Virus record (IMG/VR): IMGVR_UViG_3300013285_000579
Coordinates: 1 to 53,446 of that record
DNA: 53,446 nt
Reading direction: 5' to 3' (one strand)
Source: a virus
Taxonomy: Duplodnaviria; Caudoviricetes
Shown here: positions 1 through 10,779 of the stretch, piece by piece
Position numbering within the stretch: the stretch's first letter is position 1
Layout: each line of letters starts with the position of its first letter
Translations under genes and position numbers: made by a program
The notes under the pieces: generated by a model
Told to the model about the DNA's origin: nothing
The model's input: only the letters and a program-made list of their open reading frames with translations
Databases searched by the model: none

Positions 1-1
1 A

Positions 2-1993
2 GTGACCGGTGATGTTAGTGCAGCTAATATAACTGCAACGACTTTCATTGGTGCATTAACCGGTCTTGCTTCAAGTGCAACTGTTGCTGCATCAGCTAAT
101 AGTGTTGCGGGTGCTAACGTAAGCGGCACCGTTGCTAATGCAACCTACGCAACTACATCTGGAACATCTTATTCTGTATCCGGCGCAAATGTAACGGGCA
201 CAGTAAGTCTAGCAACATATGCAACAACAGCCAACGCAGTAGCGGGTGCTAATGTCAGTGGTACAGTAGCTAATGCAACTTATGCAATCACATCTGGTAC
301 ATCTTACTCAGTGGCAGGCGCTAATGTAAGTGGTGCAGTTGGACTAGCTACGTTCGCAACAACATCTAATGCTATAGCGGGTGCTAATGTAAGCGGTACT
401 GTTGCTAATGCAACATACGCAATTACATCAGGGTCAGCAACTACTAGTGCTACGGTAACAACAGCAGCACAACCAAACATAACTTCACTCGGCACACTAA
501 CAAGTCTTGGTGTAAACGGAACAGTAACCGCAGTAGCATTTACTGCAAACACTGGTGTGTTCACTGGCAATGGTTCTGGACTAAGTGCAATTACTTCGGC
601 TAACATCGTTGGTCAAGTTACCAATGCATTGGTTGCAGGAACAGTATACACATCAGCACAGCCTAATATTACTTCAATCGGTACACTAACATCATTGGCG
701 ATTACTGGCAATATCACAAGCGGTAATGCAACTCTTGGTAATTTAGTGACAGCTAACTTCTTTACTGGTAACGGCAGCTTGCTTACTGGTATAGCTAAAG
801 CAACTAGTGCAGACAGTGTTGCCAATGGTACTAGTAACGTAAACATTCCGTCCATCAATGGTAACATTAATCTTAATGTTGCTGGAAATGCTAACGTAGC
901 TGTGATAACTGGCACAGGTGTCAATGTTGCTGGATACTTGACTGCAACAGGTAACGTAGCAGCTAATTACTTTACTGGTAATGGTAGCTTACTAACCGGA
1001 GTTGCAGCATCTACTGCAACTAGCGCAGCTACTGCAGGTACAGTCACTACCGCAGCACAGCCAAATATCACTAGCACTGGTACATTGACTGGGCTAACTG
1101 TAACCGGTAATGTATTATTCTCTGGTGCTAACATAACACTAGGTGATATTGCTAACTTGCATATTTCCGGTGGCACAGCTAATTACGTATTAAAAACAGA
1201 CGGATCAGGCGCATTAAGTTGGACAGCACAAACCAGCGGCAGCAGCAATGCAGCAGGTGCAAATACTCAGATACAGTTTAATGATGGTAACATCTTTGCA
1301 GGTAATGCAGGTTTAACCTTCAACAAAACAACTACGGTTCTTACTGCAAATAACTTAGCAGTAACAGCATCAACTAGTTTGGGAGCGGTTGGGAACATTA
1401 CGGTAACCGGTGGTGTAGGTGGACAAGTACTTGGTACTAACGGTAGCAATGTATTAGCTTGGATTACTCCAGCAACAACCTCTATCACATCATCTACTGG
1501 TATAACAGTTGATACTTTTGTAGGTAACGGATCAACTGTAGCTTTCACCTTAAGTGTTACCCCTGCAACCATCACGCAAACACAAGTTAACTATAACGGT
1601 GTCATGCAACTACGTTCAGCATATACATTGACTGGCGCAAGTATAGTGTTCTCTGAAGCTCCTATTAGTGGGTCATCGATTGAAGTCACTACTACTCAGG
1701 GTGTTACTGCAACTTCAGGCACATATGCAGTACGTTCATACATTGGAACTGGTTCACTTACTACATTCACAGTGACAACTGGATTAACTGATAGTAGCGT
1801 ACTGGTGACAGAGAATGGAGTATTGCAAACCCCAACAACTGACTATACGGTATCTGGTACAGTATTAACCTTTGCAACAGCACCGGCAGTTGGTGTAAAA
1901 ATACAAATCAGAGAGCTTGGAATCTTCGTAGTAAACAGTGCAGCAACTGCGACTACAGATATATTAAGTCCCTTCTTGTTGATGGGAGCTTAA
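2..1993 (+). CDS. Tail fibre protein, 5'-truncated (Ala/Thr/Gly/Asn-rich repeats)
   Basis: Repeats 'GANVSGTVANATYA', 'TTAAQPNITS' and 'FTGNGSLLTG'; fibre motif 'YVLKTDGSGALSW'; C-terminus 'LSPFLLMGA'; ORF is open at the window edge. Confidence 0.8.
   Translation: MTGDVSAANITATTFIGALTGLASSATVAASANSVAGANVSGTVANATYATTSGTSYSVSGANVTGTVSLATYATTANAVAGANVSGTVANATYAITSGTSYSVAGANVSGAVGLATFATTSNAIAGANVSGTVANATYAITSGSATTSATVTTAAQPNITSLGTLTSLGVNGTVTAVAFTANTGVFTGNGSGLSAITSANIVGQVTNALVAGTVYTSAQPNITSIGTLTSLAITGNITSGNATLGNLVTANFFTGNGSLLTGIAKATSADSVANGTSNVNIPSINGNINLNVAGNANVAVITGTGVNVAGYLTATGNVAANYFTGNGSLLTGVAASTATSAATAGTVTTAAQPNITSTGTLTGLTVTGNVLFSGANITLGDIANLHISGGTANYVLKTDGSGALSWTAQTSGSSNAAGANTQIQFNDGNIFAGNAGLTFNKTTTVLTANNLAVTASTSLGAVGNITVTGGVGGQVLGTNGSNVLAWITPATTSITSSTGITVDTFVGNGSTVAFTLSVTPATITQTQVNYNGVMQLRSAYTLTGASIVFSEAPISGSSIEVTTTQGVTATSGTYAVRSYIGTGSLTTFTVTTGLTDSSVLVTENGVLQTPTTDYTVSGTVLTFATAPAVGVKIQIRELGIFVVNSAATATTDILSPFLLMGA
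95..433 (+). repeat. In-frame degenerate tandem repeat, about 135 nt (45 aa) unit, about 2.5 copies
   Basis: ANSVAGANVSGTVANATYATTSGTSYSV... recurs with a 45-aa period in ORF 2..1993. Confidence 0.75.
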
Positions 1994-1996
1994 ATA
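1991..1996 (+). promoter_or_regulatory. T4-type late promoter-like TAAATA element
   Basis: TAAATA 4 nt upstream of ATG 2001; the same motif recurs before many structural genes. Confidence 0.55.
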
Positions 1997-2000
1997 CATC

Positions 2001-3962
2001 ATGGCAATATCATATCTAGTTCTTGGTCAAATCATTCCACCTGCTACTGTAGCTACGAATCTGTACACCGTTCCACCGTACATTAGCACAGTTGTTAGTA
2101 CAATTGCAATATGCAATCAATCAACTTCGCCTACAACGTTTAGTCTGTCAATTAGACCAGCCGGTGCAACGGTTGAGACTAAACATTATTTGAATTATAA
2201 CACTGCAATTGCCGGCAATGATACAATTGCATTGACGCTGGGCATAACACTGGCTACTACTGATGTGGTTACCGCTACTTCATCATCGGGCAATGTTAGC
2301 TTTGTAGCATTTGGGGCAGAGACTGGTACACTACCGGTGATTGTTGCCCCCGTGATTAACACAATTACCTATACTGATAGTTCGTACAATGCAATAAGTG
2401 AGACTGCAATTGCACCCGCCGGTGGTTATATCAAATTAGCAGGATCGGGATTCACATCTGGTTCTATTGCATATGTAGATGGTGTTGCTGCAACAGCTAC
2501 TACATATATTAGTCGCGATGAAGTGCGAGTTCAATTACCCGCAAAAACTGTAGGCAATTATTCATTGATGTTGTTCACTAGTGCCGGTCTTGGTGCTATA
2601 TACGCCAATGGCATTGTATGCTCATCAGTACCAAGTTGGACAGCTAGCTCTTATAATAATCCTACTGCTGGTCAGATAGTAAACGTCCAGTTGTTAGCTA
2701 CGGGTGATGTGCCGTTGACTTATAGTTTGCAAAGTGGAAGTTCATTGCCAATTGGTGTTACCTTGAGTAGTACTGGATTGGTGTCGGGCACTGCTACTGG
2801 GATATCAAGTACGACCACAGTTACATTTACCGTGGTAGTAAGTGACGTGCAACTTCAAACGGCACCGCAATTAATCAGCTTAACATTGACATTCTATATA
2901 GGTAAACTTTGGGCTTGGGGCAATGACGGATTTGGTCAGCTAGGTGATAACGCAATATCGTACCGATCGTCACCAATTCAAGTGGGTTCATCAATTGATT
3001 GGAAAACAGTTTCGGTTGGATACTCACATACTACCGCAATAAAAACAGACGGAACACTATGGACTTGGGGAAAAAACGGCTTCGGCCAATTGGGTGATAG
3101 TACTACCGGTATCGCAAATTCTAAATCTAATCCTAACCAGATTGGGGTCTTAACTACGTGGCTATCAGTATCTGCGGCAGGGTATTGTACTGCTGCGGTG
3201 AGAACAGACGGTACACTTTGGACTTGGGGATATAATAATAACGGTCAATTGGGATTAGGTAACACTATTAATACGTCTAGTCCCGGCCAAGTTGGTAACC
3301 TGACTAATTGGTTGTCAGTTTCAAGTGGACAATACCATATAGTAGCTATCAAAACAGATAAGACAATATGGACTTGGGGCGCCGGCACTGATGGTAAGAT
3401 GGGGTTAGGTAATACCACCAGCTATTCCAGCCCCAAACAAATAGGATCATTAACTGATTGGTTACGAATATCTGCAGGTGTATACCATACTGCAGGTATT
3501 AAAATAGATGGCACACTATGGACGTGGGGTAAAAATGCAAGCGGCCGGCTAGGCCTAGGAGATACTCTTAGTAGATCCAGCCCGGTACAAGTTGGATTGT
3601 TGACCACTTGGCTATCACTAGCTGGCGGCTATCTATTCTCGACAGCAGTTAAAACGGACGGAACTCTTTGGACCTGGGGTAGCAACCCGTACGGCCAACT
3701 TGGCCTAGGTAATACTACAACTTATTCAAGTCCCAAGCAAGTTGGTGCATTAACAACGTGGAAATCAACTTCAACTGGTTGGTATGATTCACTCGCTACA
3801 AAAACAGGTGGCACACTTTGGTCATGGGGGTATAACTATATCGGACAGTTAGGTCTAGGTGACACTATTAATCGTTCTAGTCCGGTACAAGTTGGTACAT
3901 TAACTAACTGGACATCAGTTTCTGCTGGAAATACGCACACCGCAGCAATCTCATCCACCTAA
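2001..3962 (+). CDS. Tail-associated protein: about 108-aa 'YxVLGQ' domain + IPT/TIG-like + putative Ig domain + RCC1/BLIP-II propeller
   Basis: About 7 repeats of 'KTDGTLWTWG.N..GQLGLG......SSP.QVG'; 'GSSLPIGVTLSSTG' Ig-like motif. Confidence 0.75.
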   Translation: MAISYLVLGQIIPPATVATNLYTVPPYISTVVSTIAICNQSTSPTTFSLSIRPAGATVETKHYLNYNTAIAGNDTIALTLGITLATTDVVTATSSSGNVSFVAFGAETGTLPVIVAPVINTITYTDSSYNAISETAIAPAGGYIKLAGSGFTSGSIAYVDGVAATATTYISRDEVRVQLPAKTVGNYSLMLFTSAGLGAIYANGIVCSSVPSWTASSYNNPTAGQIVNVQLLATGDVPLTYSLQSGSSLPIGVTLSSTGLVSGTATGISSTTTVTFTVVVSDVQLQTAPQLISLTLTFYIGKLWAWGNDGFGQLGDNAISYRSSPIQVGSSIDWKTVSVGYSHTTAIKTDGTLWTWGKNGFGQLGDSTTGIANSKSNPNQIGVLTTWLSVSAAGYCTAAVRTDGTLWTWGYNNNGQLGLGNTINTSSPGQVGNLTNWLSVSSGQYHIVAIKTDKTIWTWGAGTDGKMGLGNTTSYSSPKQIGSLTDWLRISAGVYHTAGIKIDGTLWTWGKNASGRLGLGDTLSRSSPVQVGLLTTWLSLAGGYLFSTAVKTDGTLWTWGSNPYGQLGLGNTTTYSSPKQVGALTTWKSTSTGWYDSLATKTGGTLWSWGYNYIGQLGLGDTINRSSPVQVGTLTNWTSVSAGNTHTAAISST

Positions 3963-3981
3963 TCCCAACAATAAATACAGC

Positions 3982-4605
3982 ATGGCAATCACATATAAAG
4001 TCCTTGGACAAATCAACCCTGTAGCTACTATTGCTACAACATTGTACACTGTACCTGCTACTGTAAGTGCAGTAGTCAGCACCATCGTAATGTGCAATCA
4101 AGCTGCAACTGCGACTACATTTAGCTTGTCAATTAGACCAGCTGGCGCAACAGTTGATACAAAACACTACTTGAACTTCAACACCGCAATTGCAGCTAAC
4201 GATACGATTCCAATGACATTGGGATTAACACTAGCTCCAACCGATGTGTTGAATGCTACTTCAACATCGGGCAGTGTCAGCTTCAGTGCGTTCGGTGCAG
4301 AGAGCACACTATCAACTAGTGCAGCACCTATCATCACTAACTTGTATATAACTAACAGTAGCTATGTAACACAATCTGACACTGTACTGCCTCCCGCTGG
4401 TGGATATATTAAATTGATTGGCATGGGATTTATTGATGGCTGCTCAATCTACGTAGGTGGTGTTGCAGTCGCTACCACAGTGATAAGCAGTACTGAACTT
4501 CGTGCAGCACTATCCGCAAAGACAGTGGGGACATACTCGGTGATGATGTTCAATGCAAATGGTAGTGGTGCTATCTACTCCGCTGGTATTATTTATTCGG
4601 CATAA
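3982..4605 (+). CDS. Paralogue of the N-terminal part of 2001..3962 ('YKVLGQ' domain + TIG-like domain)
   Basis: Colinear similarity with the first about 207 aa of the upstream gene; TAAATA at 3972-3977. Confidence 0.75.
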   Translation: MAITYKVLGQINPVATIATTLYTVPATVSAVVSTIVMCNQAATATTFSLSIRPAGATVDTKHYLNFNTAIAANDTIPMTLGLTLAPTDVLNATSTSGSVSFSAFGAESTLSTSAAPIITNLYITNSSYVTQSDTVLPPAGGYIKLIGMGFIDGCSIYVGGVAVATTVISSTELRAALSAKTVGTYSVMMFNANGSGAIYSAGIIYSA

Positions 4606-4612
4606 TTTAACC

Positions 4613-4942
4613 ATGGCAACAACATATAAAATCTTAGGGCAAGTTAACACAGCAGTTGACTCATTGACTACATTGTATTCAGTACCTGTAGCAACCAGCA
4701 CCATTCTCAGTACTCTTGCAGTGTGCAATCAAAACAATACTGCTGCTAACTTTAAGATAGCAATCAGACCAGCTGGCGCAACTATTGACCTTAAACATTA
4801 CATCAACTACAACACCACTGTGCCAGCTAACGATACAGTGACACTGGCAATAGGTATAACATTGGCTGCAACAGATGTAATCACAGTCAGTGCCAGTTCT
4901 ACTACAGTTAGTTTTCTGGCGTTTGGTAGTGAGATTTCATAA
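4613..4942 (+). CDS. Stand-alone 109-aa 'MATTYKILGQ' tail-fibre accessory domain
   Basis: Start reassigned to ATG 4613 by homology with the N-termini of the two upstream paralogues. Confidence 0.75.
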   Translation: MATTYKILGQVNTAVDSLTTLYSVPVATSTILSTLAVCNQNNTAANFKIAIRPAGATIDLKHYINYNTTVPANDTVTLAIGITLAATDVITVSASSTTVSFLAFGSEIS

Positions 4943-6654
4943 TGTCTGTAAAGACCAGTAGCAAGCAATCGCTAGCAAGATTCAGCACTTTAGCCAGTGC
5001 ATCAATTATTACTCCGGCGGCCGCAGCGGCGGCCGCAGCCACTGTTCCGGTTATAAGTCAGGTTTATATCACCGATGGCAGCTATGCTACTATATCACAG
5101 ACTGCACTCAGCCCAACAGGTGGATATCTTAAAATTATCGGATCATCTTTTCAAGCTGGATCAGTTGTTTATGTAGGTGGACAAACTGCAACTGTATTAG
5201 CAACTACATTTGTAAGTAGCACTGAAATTCGTGTGCAAGTTTCAGCATTGACGGTTGGTAACTATTCAGTGATGGTTTTCAACACTAACAGTAGTGGCGC
5301 AATTTATGCCAATGGTATTGTGGTGTCATCGGTCCCGAGTTGGACTACTAGTAGTTATACTTTTGCTGGCAATGCGGTCAACACTCAATTGACTGCAACC
5401 GGCGATGTGCCGTTGACCTATAGCTTGCAAGGTGGAAGTTCGTTGCCCGTTGGTGTCACATTAAGTTCAACTGGATTGATATCGGGTACTGCTATCGGTA
5501 TTTCAACTAATACAGTCGTAACTTTTACAGTTGTTGTAAGTGACTTACAGCTACAACCAACTCCGCAGTTGATCAATTTAACTATGACCTTCTATGTTGG
5601 TAAGTTATATACTTGGGGGTATAACGGTGATGGGCGGCTGGGATTAAACAACACTATTAATACATCCAGCCCGGTACAAGTTGGTTCATTGACCGACTGG
5701 ACAGCAACGGTTAATCTGCTTGCCGCAATTAAAACAGACGGAACTCTCTGGACTCGCGGGCCAAATACGTACGGTCAACTTGGCCAAGGTGATACTCTTA
5801 GTAGATCCAGCCCGGTACAAGTTGGTACATTAACCTCGTGGTTACGAGTTGCCGGTGGCTACAATATGGGCGCAATTAAAACAGACAGAACACTGTGGGT
5901 ATGGGGCGCCAACTTTCAAGGTGCCTTAGGTCTAGGCGACACTATACATAGATCAAGTCCGGTGCAAGTTGGTGCATTAACTAATTGGGCAACTGTTCGA
6001 GTTGGGGTTTCTTGTATTTTAGCAACCAAAACGGACGGAACTCTTTGGACTTGGGGTCAGAATTACCGCGGCACCCTTGGGCTTGGCGACTCGTTACCGC
6101 GATCTAGTCCTGTTCAGGTGGGTACATTAACAAATTGGTTGTCTCTGGCCGCCGGCCATCAAGTAGCCGCAATTAAAACGGACGGAACTCTTTGGACTTG
6201 GGGCTTCAACTCATATGGTCAATTGGGATTAGGTGACATTATTGACCGATCTAGTCCAATACAAGTTGGCTTGTTAACTAATTGGAAATCGTTAGATAAT
6301 AGTGACGGCGGCCGGCTTGAATTTTTAGCAATCAAAACCGACAACACGCTGTGGGCTTGGGGATATAATACTTCTGTCCTTGCCGAGGGCAAACTAGGAT
6401 TAGGCGACACGGTTAGCAGGTCAAGTCCAACTCAAGTTGGTGCACTGACTAATTGGTCAACTGTTACTCACGGTTCGAAAGCAGTGGTTGCAATTAAAAC
6501 AAACGGTACACTTTGGTCCTGGGGAATCGGTCAATACGGCGAGCTTGGGCTAGGTAGTACAACTAACATCTCAAGTCCACAACAAGTTGGTTCATCAACC
6601 ACGTGGGTAGCTGTCAGTTCCAGTAACCTAGGTTGTAGTGCAATCTCCAGCTAA
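4942..6654 (+). CDS. TIG-like + Ig-like + RCC1/BLIP-II propeller tail-associated protein
   Basis: RCC1 repeats; similar to residues about 110-653 of 2001..3962; TAATG overlap with the upstream gene. Confidence 0.75.
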   Translation: MSVKTSSKQSLARFSTLASASIITPAAAAAAAATVPVISQVYITDGSYATISQTALSPTGGYLKIIGSSFQAGSVVYVGGQTATVLATTFVSSTEIRVQVSALTVGNYSVMVFNTNSSGAIYANGIVVSSVPSWTTSSYTFAGNAVNTQLTATGDVPLTYSLQGGSSLPVGVTLSSTGLISGTAIGISTNTVVTFTVVVSDLQLQPTPQLINLTMTFYVGKLYTWGYNGDGRLGLNNTINTSSPVQVGSLTDWTATVNLLAAIKTDGTLWTRGPNTYGQLGQGDTLSRSSPVQVGTLTSWLRVAGGYNMGAIKTDRTLWVWGANFQGALGLGDTIHRSSPVQVGALTNWATVRVGVSCILATKTDGTLWTWGQNYRGTLGLGDSLPRSSPVQVGTLTNWLSLAAGHQVAAIKTDGTLWTWGFNSYGQLGLGDIIDRSSPIQVGLLTNWKSLDNSDGGRLEFLAIKTDNTLWAWGYNTSVLAEGKLGLGDTVSRSSPTQVGALTNWSTVTHGSKAVVAIKTNGTLWSWGIGQYGELGLGSTTNISSPQQVGSSTTWVAVSSSNLGCSAISS

Positions 6655-6701
6655 CCCTCTCAACAATCAATATAGCATAAATACAATAAGAGAACACAAA
6701 T

Positions 6702-7085
6702 ATGGCATTAACAAAAATACTCAGCGCAAGCGTATCAAACATAGCTTCAATCATTCTGAACGATATTTCGTCACAGTTTGACGGGGTGAAGTCTGTATTT
6801 CCATTAGTTCTAGAACAGACAAGCATAAATACTATCGTTGATAGTAAAGATTTAGAAGTTGTAGTTAACGGACAACGGTTAGCCCCGTACGTAACTACAT
6901 ATACGTATCCTTGGATTAATCCATATGATTCGTTCAAAGGATTCAAAGTTAGTGGTAGCAATCTTATAATTTACAATGCGCCTTATATCGGCGACACTGC
7001 ATTTTTGAAGTTGACACCCGTGTCTGCAACTAAGCAGACGAGAAGATACCCGTTTTCAGCGACAACAATCGCATTAGGAGATTAA
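6702..7085 (+). CDS. Hypothetical virion structural protein
   Basis: 'MALTKI' start; upstream TAAATA; located in the fibre cluster. Confidence 0.6.
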   Translation: MALTKILSASVSNIASIILNDISSQFDGVKSVFPLVLEQTSINTIVDSKDLEVVVNGQRLAPYVTTYTYPWINPYDSFKGFKVSGSNLIIYNAPYIGDTAFLKLTPVSATKQTRRYPFSATTIALGD

Positions 7086-7089
7086 TTAA

Positions 7090-9885
7090 ATGGCAAAACA
7101 CGTAATATTAGAGAGTTATACATTCACACCGTCAACTCGCACACTGGTAGTAACTGGTAAAAACATTCGCAGAGAGCAATTGTTATTGATTACTAATACC
7201 ACTACTGGTACGGTAATTTATAACTTTTCTGATCCTTCATTACTTGCAACTGCATATACAAATGCAGTAGACAGCGTAACGGGACAAGAGACAACTACGG
7301 TAGTATTAGCTTACAACACCGTGTCAATGTCTGCTACTGACAAAATTGCAATAATGACTGAGGAAACTTACACCGAGATCACTCCATCGGAAACAATGCG
7401 TGACCCGGTTGACAAGTTACGAGTTAGTACACCCCAGTCACTAATTGACACCGACTTTGAGTATGGTATTCAGTCCACTAAGTGGGAAAGTTTGAACTTA
7501 CTCAATAATCGTCCTAGTGCATTTTATGACCCTACTACACCTCTCTCTGGTATCACTGGTATCAGTGCCACTGCAAAAGTAGTCACCGTATTATTACCTA
7601 GCACCACAGGTATTGCAGTTGGTCAATCGATTTTCGTTCAAGGTACGTTAGACCCCGTTAACGGTGATGGCTGGTGGCTAGTTGAGTCGGTTTCTGCTAA
7701 CGTCAACTTTACGTTTACGGTAACTAATACTCCGGCAGCAGCACTGTGGGACGCTACTAAATCTTACATTTATGCTGGTACTTTCTACACCGGCGCTGCA
7801 TTACCAGCAGCCACTAGTGCCATTGTTATTGCCACCGGTGTTGCCACTGTTACTACTACAAATGCTCATGGACTGCGAGTTGGTGATGGCATTTATGTAG
7901 TTGGAACAACTGGAGCAACTGGTACTCTAAACAGTACTTGGATTATTGCAACTACTCCAACTAACAATACATTTACTTTTGCTACGGCAGCAACCGGCAC
8001 TATCACTGCTGTAGTTAACGCAACGATCTACCCTAGGGCCGCTGGTTATGTGCAACACCGAGCATTTGACGGGGGCGTACAGTTTACCAATGTAACCCCA
8101 TGGCATGGCTACCAAGTTGTTCGTCAGACTCGCCGCTACTTTAGATATCAATCTGGTAAAGGTATTCAGTTCTCAACCGGTAGTAGCTTGAAGCCACAGC
8201 TGTTACTTGATGGTATTACATCATCTGGTACCACTGTAACCGTACAGACTAAGTTCGCGCATGGTTTAATGCCTGGTGCAACAGTTAAAATCTCCGGAGT
8301 AAACGAAACTGCCTACAACGGTACCTTCACAGTGCTAACAGCACCATCTGCAATTACATTTACATATGCTGCATTAACTGCTCCATCTGCAACTCCTGCA
8401 ACTGGCTTTCCGATGTATGCTTCGCCAAATACTTGGTACGGCAGTTCCAACCGTGTTGGTATGTTTGACTTTCAGAACGGATTCTACTTTGAGTACGATG
8501 GTCAAACACTATATGCAGTTCGTAGAAACAGTGTACGACAAATCTCCGGTAACTCAGCCGTAACAGCGGGTAGTCAATTAGTAACAGGTACTATTAGTAA
8601 ATTCTCAAGTGAACTAAAGCCCGGTGACTATGTTGTTATTCGCGGTATGAGCTATCTAGTACAACAAATCACCAGCGACACACAAATGTATATCTATCCA
8701 GAATATCGCGGTGTTACTGCAACTGCTTGCCAGGTATCTAAAACAATAAACACTCGTTATGCACAAAGCGCATGGAACATTGACAAGATGGACGGTACTG
8801 GCGCTAGTTTGACTACACTAGACTTGGCCAAGATGCAGATGTTCTACATCGACTATACATGGTACGGCGCAGGTGCGATTCGCTTTGGATTTAAGAACAA
8901 TCGTGGCGAAATTATTTACTGCCACAGAATCCCCAACAACAATGTTAACTATGAAGCGTATATGCGCTCTGGTAACTTGCCTGCTCGTTATGAAGTTAAC
9001 TCAACTCCATATCAGACAAACTTAACTGCTACTCTGGCCAGCACTTCGCTTGTTGGTTCCACTATCAGCGTAGCAGATGCAAGTCTATGGCCAAGTTCAG
9101 GCACCGCGGTGTTGACACAGGCAGCAGCAACTGGTGCGGTTATTGAGTATGTAACTTATTCTGCAAAAACCAATACTACACTGACTGTTCTTGCTCGTGG
9201 TGTGACTGGTGGCGGAGCAGCAACTACCTTTACATACAGTGCAACTGCACCTATATCAGTTGAGTTATACGCTCCTCAAAATGCAAGCACTATTAGTCAT
9301 TGGGGTTCATCTGTTATTATGGACGGTAGATTTGACGATGACAAATCATTTGTGTTTAACGCAGGTATGACTTCTACATTGACTAATGCAACAATCAACG
9401 TTCGTTATGCACTGATGAGTATTCGCTTAGGCCCCACGGTAGACAACGGATTGACTGGTTTACTAGGTGCCCGTGAAATTATCAATCGTATGCAGTTAAC
9501 TATGCGCTCCATGGATGCTTATACTAGCGGTTCAGGTTTTAGAATTGAGCTGGTTCTTAATGGTCGTCCGGCATCGGGCACTTTTGCATCCGTTGGCGGA
9601 TCCAGTCTAGCTCAGGTTTCTTACCATGCTCTTAATACTGTAATTACTGGCGGCGAAAGCATTTACGGATTCTTTACTAACTTAGCAGGTGCAACTAGTC
9701 AGGATTTGAACTTAGTTCGTGATATCGGCACTAGCATCTTAAGTGGCGGTATATCATTGACTGTTCCTACTACTGCGGCCGGCCTATACCCAGACGGTCC
9801 AGATGTTATCACTATTGTTGCAACTGCACTGGGTGCAACAAGTTCTATTAACGCTCGTATTTCTTGGACTGAAGCTCAGGCCTAA
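7090..9885 (+). CDS. Large beta-rich virion structural protein (fibre/baseplate-associated)
   Basis: 931 aa, Thr-rich; repeated 'TVTT..AHGL..G' modules; 'YFRYQSGKG' and 'WYGAG' motifs seen in large-myovirus structural proteins. Confidence 0.65.
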   Translation: MAKHVILESYTFTPSTRTLVVTGKNIRREQLLLITNTTTGTVIYNFSDPSLLATAYTNAVDSVTGQETTTVVLAYNTVSMSATDKIAIMTEETYTEITPSETMRDPVDKLRVSTPQSLIDTDFEYGIQSTKWESLNLLNNRPSAFYDPTTPLSGITGISATAKVVTVLLPSTTGIAVGQSIFVQGTLDPVNGDGWWLVESVSANVNFTFTVTNTPAAALWDATKSYIYAGTFYTGAALPAATSAIVIATGVATVTTTNAHGLRVGDGIYVVGTTGATGTLNSTWIIATTPTNNTFTFATAATGTITAVVNATIYPRAAGYVQHRAFDGGVQFTNVTPWHGYQVVRQTRRYFRYQSGKGIQFSTGSSLKPQLLLDGITSSGTTVTVQTKFAHGLMPGATVKISGVNETAYNGTFTVLTAPSAITFTYAALTAPSATPATGFPMYASPNTWYGSSNRVGMFDFQNGFYFEYDGQTLYAVRRNSVRQISGNSAVTAGSQLVTGTISKFSSELKPGDYVVIRGMSYLVQQITSDTQMYIYPEYRGVTATACQVSKTINTRYAQSAWNIDKMDGTGASLTTLDLAKMQMFYIDYTWYGAGAIRFGFKNNRGEIIYCHRIPNNNVNYEAYMRSGNLPARYEVNSTPYQTNLTATLASTSLVGSTISVADASLWPSSGTAVLTQAAATGAVIEYVTYSAKTNTTLTVLARGVTGGGAATTFTYSATAPISVELYAPQNASTISHWGSSVIMDGRFDDDKSFVFNAGMTSTLTNATINVRYALMSIRLGPTVDNGLTGLLGAREIINRMQLTMRSMDAYTSGSGFRIELVLNGRPASGTFASVGGSSLAQVSYHALNTVITGGESIYGFFTNLAGATSQDLNLVRDIGTSILSGGISLTVPTTAAGLYPDGPDVITIVATALGATSSINARISWTEAQA

Positions 9886-9900
9886 TCACAGGAATACTCA

Positions 9901-10779
9901 ATGTCAAGTAGAAATAGTTTACAACATACTGTATCCGCGACTGCCCCCGTTGGTGCAGCACTAGGTGATGAATGGTATAACTCCACTACCAACTTACTGT
10001 ACAAGCGTATGGCGGTTGCCGGAGTCCCTCAATGGGCTACAATCACCGCAGGAGCTAGTACAACAGCAAGTACAGTGGTTGTTCCTACTAATATCTCAGA
10101 AAAGATTAATAGAACAATTACTAATCAGGCTGGCTATACTATCACTAGTACACTAAGTGCGACACTAGTATTGCCATCTACTGCGGGATTCATGTATATT
10201 ATACACTCGATTTACATTACTAACATTGATGCAGCACTGGCCGCAACTACGCAAGTTAGTGGTAGCATAGTATTTGCATCACCGATTTCTACTGTCTCTT
10301 TTGCAAACAAGATACCTATTCCAGCAAGGGCTGCACTAGAACTTCTTCGTAAACCGCAATTATTGAATCCGGGCGATGTGATAAATTTACAGTCATTAAC
10401 TTCCGGTACTGGTGCCAACAGCCTGTTAGCCTCAACTATAACATACGAACAAGTACCATCAGCTGGCAACTACTTTGGAGTTGGAGTAAGTGCAGCTAAC
10501 GTTGTAGGTGATATATATACTGCAACTGGCACGGGCGCAGTAATTGACAGCATTAGATTAGCAAACAGTAGTGATTTGGGTGATATTGCAATAACATTGA
10601 CGTGGACTGATGCATCTAATGTTACACAATCTACATTGACTAACAGCTTTATTGTTCCTGCTAACTCTACTGTAGAGTTATGTGAAAGTTCCAAACGTAT
10701 TCCTGTTGGACATAAAATTAGAGCAGTATCAACTACTGCATCAGCCGTGAGCGTGTTTATCTCTGGTAGGACACAGTAA
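9901..10779 (+). CDS. Virion accessory protein with two tandem beta-sandwich-like repeats
   Basis: 'IHSIYITN...IPIPARAALEL' and 'IDSIRLAN...FIVPANSTVEL' repeats; SD-like CAGGA upstream. Confidence 0.6.
   Translation: MSSRNSLQHTVSATAPVGAALGDEWYNSTTNLLYKRMAVAGVPQWATITAGASTTASTVVVPTNISEKINRTITNQAGYTITSTLSATLVLPSTAGFMYIIHSIYITNIDAALAATTQVSGSIVFASPISTVSFANKIPIPARAALELLRKPQLLNPGDVINLQSLTSGTGANSLLASTITYEQVPSAGNYFGVGVSAANVVGDIYTATGTGAVIDSIRLANSSDLGDIAITLTWTDASNVTQSTLTNSFIVPANSTVELCESSKRIPVGHKIRAVSTTASAVSVFISGRTQ

Noticed and set aside
304-1575. Minus-strand ORFs opposite the tail fibre (and similar shadows opposite other long genes)
   Set aside because: Antisense shadows of low-complexity, codon-biased genes; no SD or recognisable motifs
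4930-4945. Programmed frameshift fusing 4613 and 4942
   Set aside because: An ordinary TAATG overlap with no slippery heptamer; 4942 has its own distinct N-terminal peptide
5015-5038. 12-bp tandem duplication giving a poly-Ala run
   Set aside because: Two in-frame copies in a linker; no evidence of phase variation
2900-6640. Periodic about 150-nt repeats as a CRISPR array
   Set aside because: They are degenerate in-frame RCC1 blades; no identical repeat/unique spacer structure and no cas genes
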